Assembly: GCA_900543815.1 (NCBI GenBank)
Contig: UQST01000005.1
Coordinates: 54,908-118,907 of the forward strand
From: an uncultured Prevotellaceae bacterium
Lineage (GTDB): Bacteria > Bacteroidota > Bacteroidia > Bacteroidales > Bacteroidaceae
Direction of reading: 5' to 3'
Length of the DNA: 64,000 bases
The notes beneath the pieces were generated by a model. The model was not told where the DNA came from and did no database searches. It saw only the letters and a program-made list of their open reading frames with translations. The position numbers and the translations under genes are program-made. Positions 29,868 through 40,746 of the stretch are shown in pieces (the first letter of the stretch is position 1; each line of letters opens with the position of its first letter).

Positions 29868-29950
29868 CTCGTTTCGGGAACAAAGTTATGCATTTATGCC
29901 GTAAAACTCAAATTTGTGTAGTAAATTTGCAGGAGAATAAGAGAAATTGG

Positions 29951-30928
29951 ATGATAGAGAAGCATATAGTCGTTGAGGACATCGACCCAGTGGCATTGTA
30001 TGGGGTGAACAATGCAAACATGCAGATAATAAAAGCCTTGTACCCCAAATTGCGTATCGTAGCACGCGGCAATGTCATACATGTTATGGGTGATGAGCTG
30101 GAGATGTGCGCGCTGGAGGAGAATATCCAAAGGCTTCAGGAACATATACATAGGTACAACACGCTCAGCGAGGAGGATGTGCTGCACATCCTGCGTGGTG
30201 AGCAGACCAACCGCCAGGGCGGCGGCGATGTGATAGTCTTCAGCGTGACGGGCAAACCCATTGCTCCGCGCACGCCAGGACAGAAGGAGTTGCTCGATGC
30301 CTATGAGCAGAACGATATGGTGTTTGCTGTGGGACCGGCCGGAACGGGAAAGACCTATACGGCCATTGCGCTTGCGGTTAGGGCACTGAAGAACAAGCAT
30401 GTGCGCCGCATCATACTCTCCCGTCCGGCTGTAGAAGCCGGCGAGAAGCTGGGATTCCTGCCTGGCGACATGAAGGAGAAGATTGACCCCTATCTGCAAC
30501 CCCTCTATGATGCGCTCGAGGATATGATTCCCCCTGTGCGCCTAAGGGAGATGATGGAGCAGAACATCATACAGATAGCACCATTGGCATTCATGCGCGG
30601 ACGCACGCTCAACGATGCTGTGGTCATTCTGGACGAGGCTCAGAACACCACAGTGGCACAGTTGAAGATGTTCCTCACCCGTATGGGTATGAGCACCAAG
30701 ATGATTGTCACAGGTGATATGACGCAGGTCGATTTGCCACGCAACGTGCGCTCTGGTCTGGCCGATGCTCTTGAGGTGCTGCACGGAGTGAAGGGAATAG
30801 GCTTTGTGCAGCTGACCCAGAAGGACATCGTGAGGCACAAGCTGGTGACTCGCATCGTGGAGGCTTATCGCAGCAGGGATGCTGAGGCCGACCGCAAAGC
30901 CAGACAACAATCAGACATTAACTTATAA
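29951..30928 (+). CDS. phoH: PhoH-family ATPase
   Basis: Track ORF 29420..30928 carries a spurious 177-aa extension antisense to the upstream gene. Real start MIEKHIVVED at 29951; Walker A GPAGTGKT. Confidence 0.85.
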   Translation: MIEKHIVVEDIDPVALYGVNNANMQIIKALYPKLRIVARGNVIHVMGDELEMCALEENIQRLQEHIHRYNTLSEEDVLHILRGEQTNRQGGGDVIVFSVTGKPIAPRTPGQKELLDAYEQNDMVFAVGPAGTGKTYTAIALAVRALKNKHVRRIILSRPAVEAGEKLGFLPGDMKEKIDPYLQPLYDALEDMIPPVRLREMMEQNIIQIAPLAFMRGRTLNDAVVILDEAQNTTVAQLKMFLTRMGMSTKMIVTGDMTQVDLPRNVRSGLADALEVLHGVKGIGFVQLTQKDIVRHKLVTRIVEAYRSRDAEADRKARQQSDINL

Positions 30929-30934
30929 AACTAA

Positions 30935-32692
30935 ATGATAATGAGAAGAACTTTACTCACTTTGGCTGTCCTGATAGCTGCGGCAACGGTGCTGCAGGCA
31001 GCCGACAAGTATGTCAAGCGCGAGGTGCGAGGAGTATGGCTCGCAACAGTCTTTAATATCGACTGGCCAAGCAAACAGGGCAGCACCATTGCCATCAGGC
31101 GCGAGCAGCAGAACGAAATGAAGAAGTATCTCGACATCCTGCAGGCTTCGGGACTCAACGCAGTCTATTTCCAGACCCGTCCCATGGCGGATGCGTTCTA
31201 CAAGTCAAGCTATGAACCCGTCTCGCATTACTTTACCGGCACACGAGGTTCCAGGCTGCCTTGGGATCCTCTTGAGTTTATGGTGGAAGAGTGTCACCGC
31301 CGCGGCATGGAATGTCATGCGTGGGTCAACCCCTACCGATGGAAGAAGTCAAGCAATCCAGAGTGGAATACCAAGCAGGACAAGGAGCTCAAGGACAACA
31401 ATATGCTCATCTCCCACAACGGTGAGGTTATCTTCAATCCTGCACTCAAGGCCACCCGTGAGCGTATAGTCAACGTTTGCCGCGAGATGATAGAGGGTTA
31501 TGACATCGACGGCATTATCTTTGACGACTACTTCTATCCCAGTGGAATGCCCACCTCAGATGCTGCCGAGGACTACGATGACTGGAAGAGCTCGGGCACC
31601 AATCTGTCCTTCGGCGACTGGCGCAGAGAGAATGTCAATGCCATGGTGGCTGATGTATATAATATGATACAGGAGCTCGATCCCAGCATCAAGTTCGGTA
31701 TCTCACCCGCAGGAGCAGCTTGCTCCGACCCCGCTGTGGCCAAGAAGCACGGGGTAGATCCCATTCCCAAGGGCAGCGACTGGCAGTACAACGGCATCTT
31801 CTCTGACCCCGTAGCCTGGCTCAAGGCCGGTACTGTGGATTACATATCGCCTCAGTTGTACTGGAAGACCGACCACAAGACCAATCCCTTTGGCCCTATG
31901 ACGCTCTGGTGGTCGAAGATAGCCAAGAAGTTTGGCCGCCATCATTATGCCAGCCATTCGCTTACGTTCCTCCAGTCAAGCAACACACTCGAAGACTGGA
32001 AGGAGGTGGGCAAACAGTTGCAGTACTCTCGTGCCTACACCAAGACGGCTGCTCCTGGCGCCATCTACTACTCGGCTTGCGATATCGACGGCAAGAAGGT
32101 GCAGGGGTTGGGCGACTGGCTCAAGCAGAACAAGTATGCTCATCCCGCTCTCACACCGGCCATCAGTTGGAAGGAGCACGCTGAGATGGGAACCGTAGAT
32201 AGTCTTGTGTGCGACGGCAAGCAGCTCATGTGGAAGGCCGAAGACCGTATGCGCTACACCGTATATGCCATTCCTGCCGAACTCACAGCTACCGATGTGG
32301 AGAAGAGCACTACGGGTGGCATCCTGGCCGACTACCTTCTGGGTATGACTTATACCAACTCCTATGAGATTCCCGCCGAGTATGCCGAGGGCTATCAGTT
32401 CGCTGTGTGCATCCTCGACCGCTATGGCAACGAGTTCCAGCCCATGTATATCGACATAGCCAATGCCATCGACGTGATAGGCGAGGATGCTGTGACCATC
32501 GAGTTCGACGGCTGGCAGCTCACCACCACCAAGCCTGTGGAGCGCCTGCAGATATTCAACGCGATGGGACAGATGATGCAGGAGGCCACCGACACCGATG
32601 CTATCGACGTGAGCGGAATGCCCACAGGCATCTATATAGTGAAGGCTCTCACGGGCCGACAGACGGCTGTCAAGAAGATATATATCCGATGA
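30935..32692 (+). CDS. Glycoside-hydrolase-like family 10 (GHL10/YngK-like) secreted protein with T9SS C-terminal sorting domain
   Basis: 585 aa; signal peptide; TIM-barrel-like N-terminal region ([16 protein letters not shown]); C-terminal ...[21 protein letters not shown] typical of Por-secretion CTDs. Confidence 0.65.
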   Translation: MIMRRTLLTLAVLIAAATVLQAADKYVKREVRGVWLATVFNIDWPSKQGSTIAIRREQQNEMKKYLDILQASGLNAVYFQTRPMADAFYKSSYEPVSHYFTGTRGSRLPWDPLEFMVEECHRRGMECHAWVNPYRWKKSSNPEWNTKQDKELKDNNMLISHNGEVIFNPALKATRERIVNVCREMIEGYDIDGIIFDDYFYPSGMPTSDAAEDYDDWKSSGTNLSFGDWRRENVNAMVADVYNMIQELDPSIKFGISPAGAACSDPAVAKKHGVDPIPKGSDWQYNGIFSDPVAWLKAGTVDYISPQLYWKTDHKTNPFGPMTLWWSKIAKKFGRHHYASHSLTFLQSSNTLEDWKEVGKQLQYSRAYTKTAAPGAIYYSACDIDGKKVQGLGDWLKQNKYAHPALTPAISWKEHAEMGTVDSLVCDGKQLMWKAEDRMRYTVYAIPAELTATDVEKSTTGGILADYLLGMTYTNSYEIPAEYAEGYQFAVCILDRYGNEFQPMYIDIANAIDVIGEDAVTIEFDGWQLTTTKPVERLQIFNAMGQMMQEATDTDAIDVSGMPTGIYIVKALTGRQTAVKKIYIR

Positions 32693-32736
32693 CAGACCGC
32701 ACGGAGTGCATAAACATTTTCAAACAACATAATTGT

Positions 32737-33690
32737 ATGAAAGCTCTAACCAGAACAGAATTCAACCTGCCAGGGCAGGTGAGCGTGTACCACGGTAAGG
32801 TGCGCGACGTGTATGACATCAATGACGACCTGATGGTAATGGTTGCTACCGACCGCATCTCTGCCTTCGATGTGGTTTTGCCCAAGGGTATCCCCTTCAA
32901 GGGACAGGTGCTCAACCAGATTGCAGCAAGCTTCCTCGATGCCACTGCCGACATTGTACCCAACTGGAAGCTGGCTACCCCCGACCCCATGGTCACTGTG
33001 GGACTCAAGGCCGAGGGCTTCCGCGTGGAGATGATCATACGTGGCTACCTCACCGGTTCGGCTTGGAGAGAGTATCAGAACGGCTGTCGTGAGCTGTGTG
33101 GAGTGAAGCTCCCCGAGGGGATGAAGGAGAACCAGAAGTTCCCGGAGCCTATTATCACCCCCACCACAAAGGCTGACGAGGGACATGATGAGAACATCAG
33201 CCGCGAGGAGATTATTGCCCAGGGCATCGTGAGCAAGGAAGACTACGAGCAGATGGAGCAATACACACGTGCTCTCTTTGCCCGTGGAACGGAGATCGCA
33301 GCACAGAAGGGGCTCATCCTGGTAGATACCAAGTACGAGTTTGGCAAGCGTGACGGCAAGGTGATACTCATTGACGAGATTCACACACCCGACAGCAGCC
33401 GCTACTTCTATGCCGACGGCTACGAGGAGAAGTTCGCTCAGGGACTCCCCCAGAAGCAGTTAAGCAAGGAGTTTGTGCGCCAGTGGCTCATCGAGCACAA
33501 CTTCATGAACCAGCCCGGACAGGTGATGCCCGAGATTACCGACGAATATGCCCAGAGCGTGGCTGACCGCTACATCGAGCTCTATGAGCACATCGTGGGC
33601 AAGAAGTTCCAGCCTGCAGAGACCGATGGAGACATTGCCGCCCGCATCGAGAAGAACGTGACCGACTGGCTCAACCAGCACGGAAAGTAA
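32737..33690 (+). CDS. purC: Phosphoribosylaminoimidazole-succinocarboxamide synthase
   Basis: Track ORF 32407.. has a spurious extension; real start [26 protein letters not shown] at 32737; SAICAR synthetase motifs ([21 protein letters not shown]). Confidence 0.9.
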   Translation: MKALTRTEFNLPGQVSVYHGKVRDVYDINDDLMVMVATDRISAFDVVLPKGIPFKGQVLNQIAASFLDATADIVPNWKLATPDPMVTVGLKAEGFRVEMIIRGYLTGSAWREYQNGCRELCGVKLPEGMKENQKFPEPIITPTTKADEGHDENISREEIIAQGIVSKEDYEQMEQYTRALFARGTEIAAQKGLILVDTKYEFGKRDGKVILIDEIHTPDSSRYFYADGYEEKFAQGLPQKQLSKEFVRQWLIEHNFMNQPGQVMPEITDEYAQSVADRYIELYEHIVGKKFQPAETDGDIAARIEKNVTDWLNQHGK

Positions 33691-33774
33691 GCGCAGATAG
33701 CATTTGGGGACACGGATGGCCGTCTGGCTGCCCGTGTCCCTTCTGCTTGTTTCATACAAACAGCTATATATATA

Positions 33775-34506
33775 ATGTATAAGGCCGAGAAAGTAAAGCC
33801 CTATCAGTCGGGTGACAAGGGGCAGCAGGTGGAGCGCATGTTCAACAGCATCGCACATTCCTACGACCTGCTCAACCATAGTCTGTCGCTGGGAATAGAC
33901 CGCCGTTGGCGTCGCAAAGCCATTGATGCGCTGGGGAAGTTTGCTCCTCAGGAGGTGCTGGATATTGCCACAGGCACAGGCGACCTGGCAATCATGAATG
34001 CGCAGCGCAATCATCCGCGCCGCATAGTGGGTGCCGACATCAGCGAAGGCATGATGGATGTAGCGCGCAAGAAGGTTGCCAAGGCTGGATTGAGCGACAT
34101 CATCACCTTCCAGCGCGAGGATTGCACGCACATGTCATTTGCCGACAATTCCTTTGATGCCGTGACATCTTCCTACGGAGTGCGCAATTTCAGCGACCTC
34201 GATGCTGGCTTGCGTGAGATGTGCAGGGTGCTGCGTCCGGGCGGGCATCTTCTTATCGTGGAGCTCAGTACGCCGGTACGTTTCCCCATGAAGCAGCTTT
34301 TCGGCATCTACGCACATGTGGTCATGCCTCTCCTGGGGCGGCTCATCAGCCACGATGACAGCGCCTACACCTACCTGCCCATGAGCATGGAGGCATTCCC
34401 GCAGGCCGAAGAGATGGAACAGATACTCCACAAGAACGGCTTCTCCAGCGTGCAGTGGAAGCGCTTCTGCGGCGGTATCAGCACCATGTATCTGGCCACC
34501 AAGTGA
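33775..34506 (+). CDS. ubiE: Demethylmenaquinone / ubiquinone C-methyltransferase
   Basis: 243 aa; SAM motif LDIATGTGD; UbiE/MenG-family layout. Confidence 0.85.
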   Translation: MYKAEKVKPYQSGDKGQQVERMFNSIAHSYDLLNHSLSLGIDRRWRRKAIDALGKFAPQEVLDIATGTGDLAIMNAQRNHPRRIVGADISEGMMDVARKKVAKAGLSDIITFQREDCTHMSFADNSFDAVTSSYGVRNFSDLDAGLREMCRVLRPGGHLLIVELSTPVRFPMKQLFGIYAHVVMPLLGRLISHDDSAYTYLPMSMEAFPQAEEMEQILHKNGFSSVQWKRFCGGISTMYLATK

Positions 34507-34609
34507 TAGGGGAGTCGGTTGCTTGCACCTTGGAAACTTGTTGTGGCAGGCAGAGAAAAGGCAAAAGATTGTAGAAGAATAACGAGAAAAGGACATAAGG
34601 AGACAGATT

Positions 34610-35338
34610 ATGGACAAATATGGAATCATTGGCTACCCTCTGGGACACAGTTTCAGTCGTGCTTTCTTTACAGAGAAATTCCAGCGCGAGCACATTGATG
34701 CCGAGTATGTCAACTTTGAGATACCCTCTGCCGACATGCTTCCCGGCATCGTGCAGGCCAATCCCAACCTGCGCGGACTCAATGTCACCTTGCCTCACAA
34801 GGAGGCTGTCATCCCCATGCTCGACGAGTTGAGTGATGAGGCGAAGGAGATAGGGGCGGTCAATGTGATACGTGTGAGTGACGGTCGCCTGAAGGGTTTC
34901 AATAGCGATATCATCGGTTTCATGGACAGCATCAGGCCGCTCCTGAAGCCTTGGCACCAGCATGCACTCGTCCTGGGAACAGGTGGTGCCAGCCGTGCCA
35001 TTAGAGTGGGATTGCAAAGGTTGGGCATCGAATGGACCTATGTCAGCCGCACACCAGCGCCTGGCCGGCTCACTTACGCCGACCTCACACCCGAACTCAT
35101 GGAGCATTATCAGGTCATTGTCAACTGCAGTCCGGTGGGCATGTTCCCTCGTGTGGATGCCTGTCCCGACATCCCTTACCAGTTTCTCACCGGCCGCCAT
35201 CTGCTCTACGACCTCGTCTATAACCCGCAGGAAACTCTCTTCCTCAAGCGTGGAGCCGAGCGTGGAGCCGCTGTGAAGAACGGTTTGGAGATGCTTCACC
35301 TGCAGGCATTGGCCAGCTGGCGTTTCTGGAACGAATAG
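34610..35338 (+). CDS. aroE: Shikimate dehydrogenase
   Basis: 242 aa; GIIGYPLGHSFS, NVTLPHK and GTGGASRA motifs. Confidence 0.85.
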   Translation: MDKYGIIGYPLGHSFSRAFFTEKFQREHIDAEYVNFEIPSADMLPGIVQANPNLRGLNVTLPHKEAVIPMLDELSDEAKEIGAVNVIRVSDGRLKGFNSDIIGFMDSIRPLLKPWHQHALVLGTGGASRAIRVGLQRLGIEWTYVSRTPAPGRLTYADLTPELMEHYQVIVNCSPVGMFPRVDACPDIPYQFLTGRHLLYDLVYNPQETLFLKRGAERGAAVKNGLEMLHLQALASWRFWNE

Positions 35339-35359
35339 TTGTTCCCACGCTGACAGACA

Positions 35360-35410
35360 GGCAAAGGGACGAACGGAGTACATTCTCTGTTCGTCCCTTT
35401 GCCGTTTCTA
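35360..35410 (+). terminator. Strong hairpin terminator downstream of aroE, in a convergent region
   Basis: 15-bp perfect stem GGCAAAGGGACGAAC / GTTCGTCCCTTTGCC with a 14-nt loop, followed by GTTTCTATCCC. Confidence 0.6.
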
Positions 35411-35502
35411 TCCCTTGGGAAGATGTTTTTCGGAATTTCTGAAGGCCTTTCCGATAGGTTTCCAGATGCTCTTCAAAAAGGGTTCGTTGTGCTCCTCCGC
35501 CT

Positions 35503-35665
35503 TATGCAGTCTTTCTGAACAGCGATGGAGTCATGCCGGCACGGGCTTTGGAGAAGCGAACGAAATGCTGCGGAATCACCTCACTACGGTCACCTGCGGG
35601 TGCAGAGTTTCAAACCCATAGTAGTCGTTGAACTCCTGCACGGAGTTGAATCTTACTTCTTCCAT
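35503..35665 (-). pseudogene. Remnant of an AraC-family HTH regulator with an internal deletion or frameshift
   Basis: On the minus strand, ATG (~35665, overlapping the dxs stop codon) gives MEEVRFNSVQEFNDYYGFETLHPQVTVVR*, like Bacteroidetes AraC N-termini. Immediately after the stop, a shifted frame reads IPQHFVRFSKARAGMTPSLFRKTA*, a classic AraC C-terminal HTH tail. The two pieces are about 90 and 75 nt. Confidence 0.45.
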
Positions 35666-37419
35666 AGTATATTCATGATGTCTTCGGCTATCTGGTTGTC
35701 GAGCAGACGGTTGTCGGCAAGCAGCTCATCCACCTTGAATCGGTCGTAGAGTCCCTTCTTCACTCCGCCCACCAGCACTTTCATGTCCGATGTGCTGTAG
35801 TACGATGCTATTCTCTCGCCGAATCCTCCGTCCTTGCAGCCGTCTTCCAGCGTCACCACCAGGCGGTGGTTCTTCTTCAGAGCCTCCAGCGTGCTGGCAT
35901 CCACGGCATTCAGGTAGCGCGGGTTGATGAGTGTGGCATCCACTTCGTGCTCTTTCAGCAAGTTGGCCACGCGCTCGCCCTTCTGGTAGAAGGAGCCAGC
36001 GGCGATGATGGCCACCTGCTTTCCCTCGTGTGTTACCTTGTAGCTGGGTTCGTAGGAGAAGTCTGTCTCCACCTCTTCAGCAGAGTGGTTCACGCCGTTG
36101 CTGGGCACACGTATGGCTATCGGCTTCCTGTCCTGCATCACCGCCCACCTTAGCATGGCAAAGTATTCCTCGCAGGTGGTGGGAGCCAGATAGATGAGGC
36201 CGGGTATGCTGCACAGCATGGGTATGTCGAAAAGGCAGATGTGCGTGATGTCGTTCATCGTGCCTGTACCGCCCCACATCACATTGATTACCGCAGGATT
36301 GGAGTTGATGCACAGGTCTTGTGCTATCTGGTCGTAGGTGCGCTGTATGAAGGTGCTATACACAGTCCACACCGGGCGCAGTCCACCCTTGGCCATTCCC
36401 GAAATCATGGCCACTGCCTGCTCTTCGGCAATGCCCATGTCGATGTGCTGCTTGCCTGCTTGGGCACGCTTCTTGGGCGTGAAACCGCCTGCCGCAGGTG
36501 TGCCCGCTGTGACGGCTATCAGTGTGGGGTCGCTCTTCATGTGGTGCAGCATCCAGTCGCTGAAGAGCTGCTCGTAGGTCTCCACCGCGTTGCCCTTGGG
36601 GCGGCTGCCGTCTGTGATGCAGAAGGGTGCACCATAGTGCCAGGCTTCCTTGTTGGCTACGGCGGGTGCAAAACCATGCCCCTTCTCCGTGTGGATATGC
36701 ACTACGGTGGGCTTCTGTGTGTCCTTCACGCTCTGGAACAGCTCGATGAGGCGCTCCACATCATTGCCTTCCTCCAGGTATTTATACTCAAATCCCCAGG
36801 CGCGGAACCAGTTGTGCTCGCATGTTCCATGACTTTCCCTCAGCGCACGCAGGTTCTTGTAGATGCCGCCGTGGTTTTCTGCGATGGACATCTCATTGTC
36901 GTTGACCACGATGATGATGCCCGTTCCCAGTTCCGACGCTTCGTTGAGTCCTTCGAATGCCTCGCCGCCTGAGAGCGAACCGTCACCTATGATGGCGATG
37001 ATGTTCTCGTGGGTGCCTTTGATGTCGCGCGCCTTTTGCAGTCCTGTGGCAAGGCTTATCGAGGTGGAGGTATGGCCGACTTCAAAGTTGTCATACACAG
37101 GACTTTCGGCGGGAGAAGAGTAGCCCGAGATGGCATTCATGTCCTCCACGTCGCCCAGGAATCCTGCTGCTCGTCCCGTGAGAACCTTGTGCGGGTAGCA
37201 CTGGTGGCTCACGTCGAACACGAACTTGTCCTTTGAAGCGTCGAACACATAGTGCAGCGCTACGGTGGCCTCCACGAATCCCAGGTTGGGTCCAACATGC
37301 CCGCCGTGCTTGCTCACACGGTTGAGTACGGCTTTGCGTGTCTCTTCGGCAACGGCTCTGAGAGCCTCCATGTCCAGTCCCTTCAGGTCGGCTGGCGATT
37401 TAATGTTCTCTATATACAT
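35653..37419 (-). CDS. dxs: 1-deoxy-D-xylulose-5-phosphate synthase
   Basis: 588 aa; GGHVGPNLGFVEATVALHYVF (TPP-binding N-terminus), IIGDGSLSGGEAFEGLN, VVNDNEMSI. Confidence 0.85.
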   Translation of the reverse strand: MYIENIKSPADLKGLDMEALRAVAEETRKAVLNRVSKHGGHVGPNLGFVEATVALHYVFDASKDKFVFDVSHQCYPHKVLTGRAAGFLGDVEDMNAISGYSSPAESPVYDNFEVGHTSTSISLATGLQKARDIKGTHENIIAIIGDGSLSGGEAFEGLNEASELGTGIIIVVNDNEMSIAENHGGIYKNLRALRESHGTCEHNWFRAWGFEYKYLEEGNDVERLIELFQSVKDTQKPTVVHIHTEKGHGFAPAVANKEAWHYGAPFCITDGSRPKGNAVETYEQLFSDWMLHHMKSDPTLIAVTAGTPAAGGFTPKKRAQAGKQHIDMGIAEEQAVAMISGMAKGGLRPVWTVYSTFIQRTYDQIAQDLCINSNPAVINVMWGGTGTMNDITHICLFDIPMLCSIPGLIYLAPTTCEEYFAMLRWAVMQDRKPIAIRVPSNGVNHSAEEVETDFSYEPSYKVTHEGKQVAIIAAGSFYQKGERVANLLKEHEVDATLINPRYLNAVDASTLEALKKNHRLVVTLEDGCKDGGFGERIASYYSTSDMKVLVGGVKKGLYDRFKVDELLADNRLLDNQIAEDIMNILWKK

Positions 37420-37601
37420 CTTCTTAACCTTTATTGTGCTGCAAAGTTAAGCACTTTTCTGGTATGCACAATAACCAGAAATGCGGAAGAAAATACCCTT
37501 GTGCGGCATCTGCATCCGCCAGCTCCGCATTCCGCAGTTTGCTCCTCTCCAGCTTGCAGTTACACATTATATATAATAGAGAGTTCTTCCTTCGTTTTTC
37601 C

Positions 37602-37676
37602 AGTGCGCTGCATCAGCCGTCGCAGTACGCTGCGTCAGCCTGTGCAGCATGCTGCGACGGTCATCGCAGCGCACTG
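37602..37676. repeat. Dispersed GC-rich palindromic repeat, copy B
   Basis: cagtgcgctgcatcagccgtcgcagtacgctgcgtcagcctgtgcagcatgctgcgacggtcatcgcagcgcactgg. The ends CAGTGCGCTGC / GCAGCGCACTG form an inverted pair. The internal block cagcctgtgcagcatgctgcgacgg matches copy A aagcctgatgcagcgtgctgcgatgg. Confidence 0.6.
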
Positions 37677-38172
37677 GCTTTTCTGCATCCATGGTTTCGT
37701 GTTTTTCTGGCAGCAGTCTCTTTTTGTCCTCGCAGCCTTTTTCATTTATGTTCCCTGCCTGGTGAAATCTCCATACCAAGGTTGCGTATGGCCGTACAAA
37801 GCCTTCTGATGTACATCCAAAGGCTGCGTATGGCCATCCAAAGGCTGCAAACGGAGATTTTGGCAAGCTCTTTTCGTAATATTATCTGGCTTTTTGAAGA
37901 AGTCAGGATTGTTGGATGAAGAACGGGAGCAAGGCTACTGGGCTGCCGTAGCAGTCGGCTTTTGTCAGAAAGAATGCGTGCTGCTCTTGGGAAAGGATGA
38001 TGGCGTGGGGCTGTCAAAAGTAAGTTTTGGATGGAGAAGCAGGCAGCAGGGACGCTTGTAAAAAAGTAAAAGTTTGCCCTACGCAGCCCGAATGCTCGGG
38101 ACGGACGTAAGCCAAACTTATGGAATATGTAGTGTAAGGTTTGTCGCTTAGTGCTGTGCGGGCGCTCTTTGC

Positions 38173-40605
38173 TTAGAGCCTCAGGCGGATATCAACGCCA
38201 AGCTGCAGTGGAGCACCCTTCTGGCTGAAGCCGCGGTTCATGCTCTCGAAGTAGAAGGAGCGGTAGTGCTGGTTGGTGAGATTCTTGCCCCACAGCCCCA
38301 GGTCTGCCTTTCCGTGCGAGAACGACAGGCGTGCGTCCAGCGTGCCATAGAACTGCTCGCTCGTGTTATTGTCCTCTGTCCAATAAATTTTACCCCGTCC
38401 GTTCCAGTCGGCCTGCAGGGTGATGCGCTCGAGCCACTTGCTCAGAGTCCAGCTGTAGCGCGCTCCGGCATTGAAGGTATGCAGGGGAACAAACGGCACG
38501 TAGTGGCCTCGGTAGGAGATGCCTGCCTGCGGACTGTAGGTGCGGAAGGTGCTGTGGGTGAAGCCATAGGCGGTATGTGCCGAGAGCGCATCCGTTATCT
38601 GTGCGCTGGCTGCCAGTTCGCATCCCACAGCGCGGCTTCGTCCGGCATTCACCGTGATACGGCCCAGTCCGTTTTCCGCCATGCGTGATACCTGCTGGTC
38701 GCGCACTTCGGTGAGGAACACGGCCATGTCCAGGTGCAGGCGATGGTTGATGAGGTTGCAGTGCGAACCTATCTCGTAGTTCCACGCATACTCGGGCTTG
38801 TACTGGCTCAGCGAGCGAGGGTCGATGTTGGGCTTCTGTGCCATTCCCTGCATCAGGGCGCTTACCCGGTCCTTGACGTCTTGTGGCACCATCGGTTGAC
38901 TTTGCAGGATGGGCAGAGTCACGTTGGCCACATCCTGCATGATGTCGGCTTGCATCATGCGCTGAAGTGCGCCGCTGAACTGCTGGATGTTGAATCCGCC
39001 GCTGCGGTAACCGCGTGAAACGGTGGCATACACGTTGCTGCTTCCTATGCGGTATTGCAGCGAGAAGCGGGGAAGAAGCTGCAGATAGTCGTGGCTCAGG
39101 CGGCCCTGCAGCGCATTCTTGGCCTGGTAGGTGGCTGCTGGCACCATCGTGATGTCGCGTTCCATGCCGGGCATGGTGAGATGCCTCATGAGGCTGTATT
39201 CGTGCTCGAAGTCATATCCCGTGTGGTAGTCTATCTTCATCTTCTCGTAGTCGAGCCTCAGTCCCAGTGTCAGGTCAAGTCCCTTGGCACCCAGCAGGTC
39301 GGTGATGGTGCTCTGGTGATATACGGCTCCGCTGCCTGTGGGAGTACTGAAGCGACCGCTGAAGAGCAGGCCGTCACCCTGGATGGCATCGCTGAAGAGC
39401 ATCTGCATCTTCATGGGTCCTTGGGTGATGGCAGGCATGTGTGCATTGGCGTTCTTATTCATGTTGGCGTTTATCCACTGCACTCCCTCACTCCGGAAAG
39501 TGACAGGCCCGTTGGTGTCCAGCCACTGTCGGAACCCGCTCACACCCATGCTCCATTCCCAGTGACGCCAGGCTCCCGGGCGGTTCTTGATGGCTATCTC
39601 CTGGCTCAGCACACGGCTGTTCTGCCGCTGCAGGAGCGTGTAGATGTCGGCCGAAGTGAAATCTTGGTCCATGTTCATGCGGTCGCGCAGATATTGGAAA
39701 CCAGCCACGTAGCTCATCACCGCCTTTTGCCAGTTGTGCTCGGCCTTGAAGCCCAGGTTGAGCAGATGCCGCTCGTAGTCGTTCTTGCGGTTGTAGTTCA
39801 CCTGGCCCACCGAAGTGGAGATGGTGGGGTAGAAGTAGTCGCTCTCCTGCACAGACTCCAGCTTGTAGGGGAAAGCGCCCTGGCGGCTGTACTCGTAGTT
39901 GGCATGGAAGTCCAGGCGAACCACCTCCGAGGGTTTGGCCACCAGTCTGAAGCGTGTGCTGGCATCGTCGTCGCGTGCAGCCTTCTTGCCAGTGTAGGCG
40001 TTGGTGAAGAAACCTTCGGAGTGCGCGTAGCTGACGCCGCTCGAGAAACCCAGCTTGGGTGAGAGGCGGTGGTAGTGTGTGGCACTGGCGCGGGCAGTGC
40101 CGTAGGTGGCACCTTGCAGACTGATGTCGGTACCCTGGTAGTCCAGCGGATTCTTGGTGTGGATGCGTATGAGTCCGCCCATCGCATTCCTTCCGTAGAG
40201 CGTGCTCTGTGGTCCGCGCAGGATATCTATGCTCTGCACGTCGCTCAGGTCGAAGTCGTAGGCGCTCTTATCCACCCATGGGATGTCATCTACATACAGC
40301 CCCACGGCAGGAGTGTTGATGCGGCTTCCCACTCCGCGCATGTATATCGAGGTGGTCTGACGGCTGCCGTATGAGGGGATGTAAAGGCCTGGCACGAGTG
40401 ATGCAAAATCCTTCATGCTGCTTATCTGCTTGCTCTTGAGCAGATGGGTGTCTATAATGGTGGCAGCCAAAGGCTGTTCTCTGAGCGCCCGGTTGTCCTT
40501 GGCGCTGCTCACGGTCACCTCCTGCATGAGGGTCGTGTCGGTCTTCTCCTGGGCATAGACTGTGCTCATGCAGATGGCCAGAAGCGGTACGAGTGTTATC
40601 TTCAT
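38173..40605 (-). CDS. TonB-dependent outer-membrane receptor (not SusC-type)
   Basis: Track ORF to 40644; signal-peptide start MKITLVPLLAICMSTVYAQ near 40605; plug domain; C-terminal beta-barrel ending with an aromatic residue (..RLRL); substrate unknown. Confidence 0.8.
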   Translation of the reverse strand: MKITLVPLLAICMSTVYAQEKTDTTLMQEVTVSSAKDNRALREQPLAATIIDTHLLKSKQISSMKDFASLVPGLYIPSYGSRQTTSIYMRGVGSRINTPAVGLYVDDIPWVDKSAYDFDLSDVQSIDILRGPQSTLYGRNAMGGLIRIHTKNPLDYQGTDISLQGATYGTARASATHYHRLSPKLGFSSGVSYAHSEGFFTNAYTGKKAARDDDASTRFRLVAKPSEVVRLDFHANYEYSRQGAFPYKLESVQESDYFYPTISTSVGQVNYNRKNDYERHLLNLGFKAEHNWQKAVMSYVAGFQYLRDRMNMDQDFTSADIYTLLQRQNSRVLSQEIAIKNRPGAWRHWEWSMGVSGFRQWLDTNGPVTFRSEGVQWINANMNKNANAHMPAITQGPMKMQMLFSDAIQGDGLLFSGRFSTPTGSGAVYHQSTITDLLGAKGLDLTLGLRLDYEKMKIDYHTGYDFEHEYSLMRHLTMPGMERDITMVPAATYQAKNALQGRLSHDYLQLLPRFSLQYRIGSSNVYATVSRGYRSGGFNIQQFSGALQRMMQADIMQDVANVTLPILQSQPMVPQDVKDRVSALMQGMAQKPNIDPRSLSQYKPEYAWNYEIGSHCNLINHRLHLDMAVFLTEVRDQQVSRMAENGLGRITVNAGRSRAVGCELAASAQITDALSAHTAYGFTHSTFRTYSPQAGISYRGHYVPFVPLHTFNAGARYSWTLSKWLERITLQADWNGRGKIYWTEDNNTSEQFYGTLDARLSFSHGKADLGLWGKNLTNQHYRSFYFESMNRGFSQKGAPLQLGVDIRLRL

Positions 40606-40746
40606 CTTATCCTGAAAACGTCTAAAATATGTCTGACTTGTCACAAACCTGTGTCAAAAGTGGTGCAAAAGTACATATTTTTATTCATAAAGTGGGTTGC
40701 ATGTGCGTGTAAATTTGCGTGTGACACAGAAATGTAATAACTTTGC

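Noticed and set aside
37434-37919. 161-aa ORF in the dxs upstream region
   Set aside because: It spans the palindromic repeat copy B and a direct repeat (TGCGTATGGCC...CAAAG x2). The product is Ala/Ser/Leu-rich low complexity. Likely non-coding.
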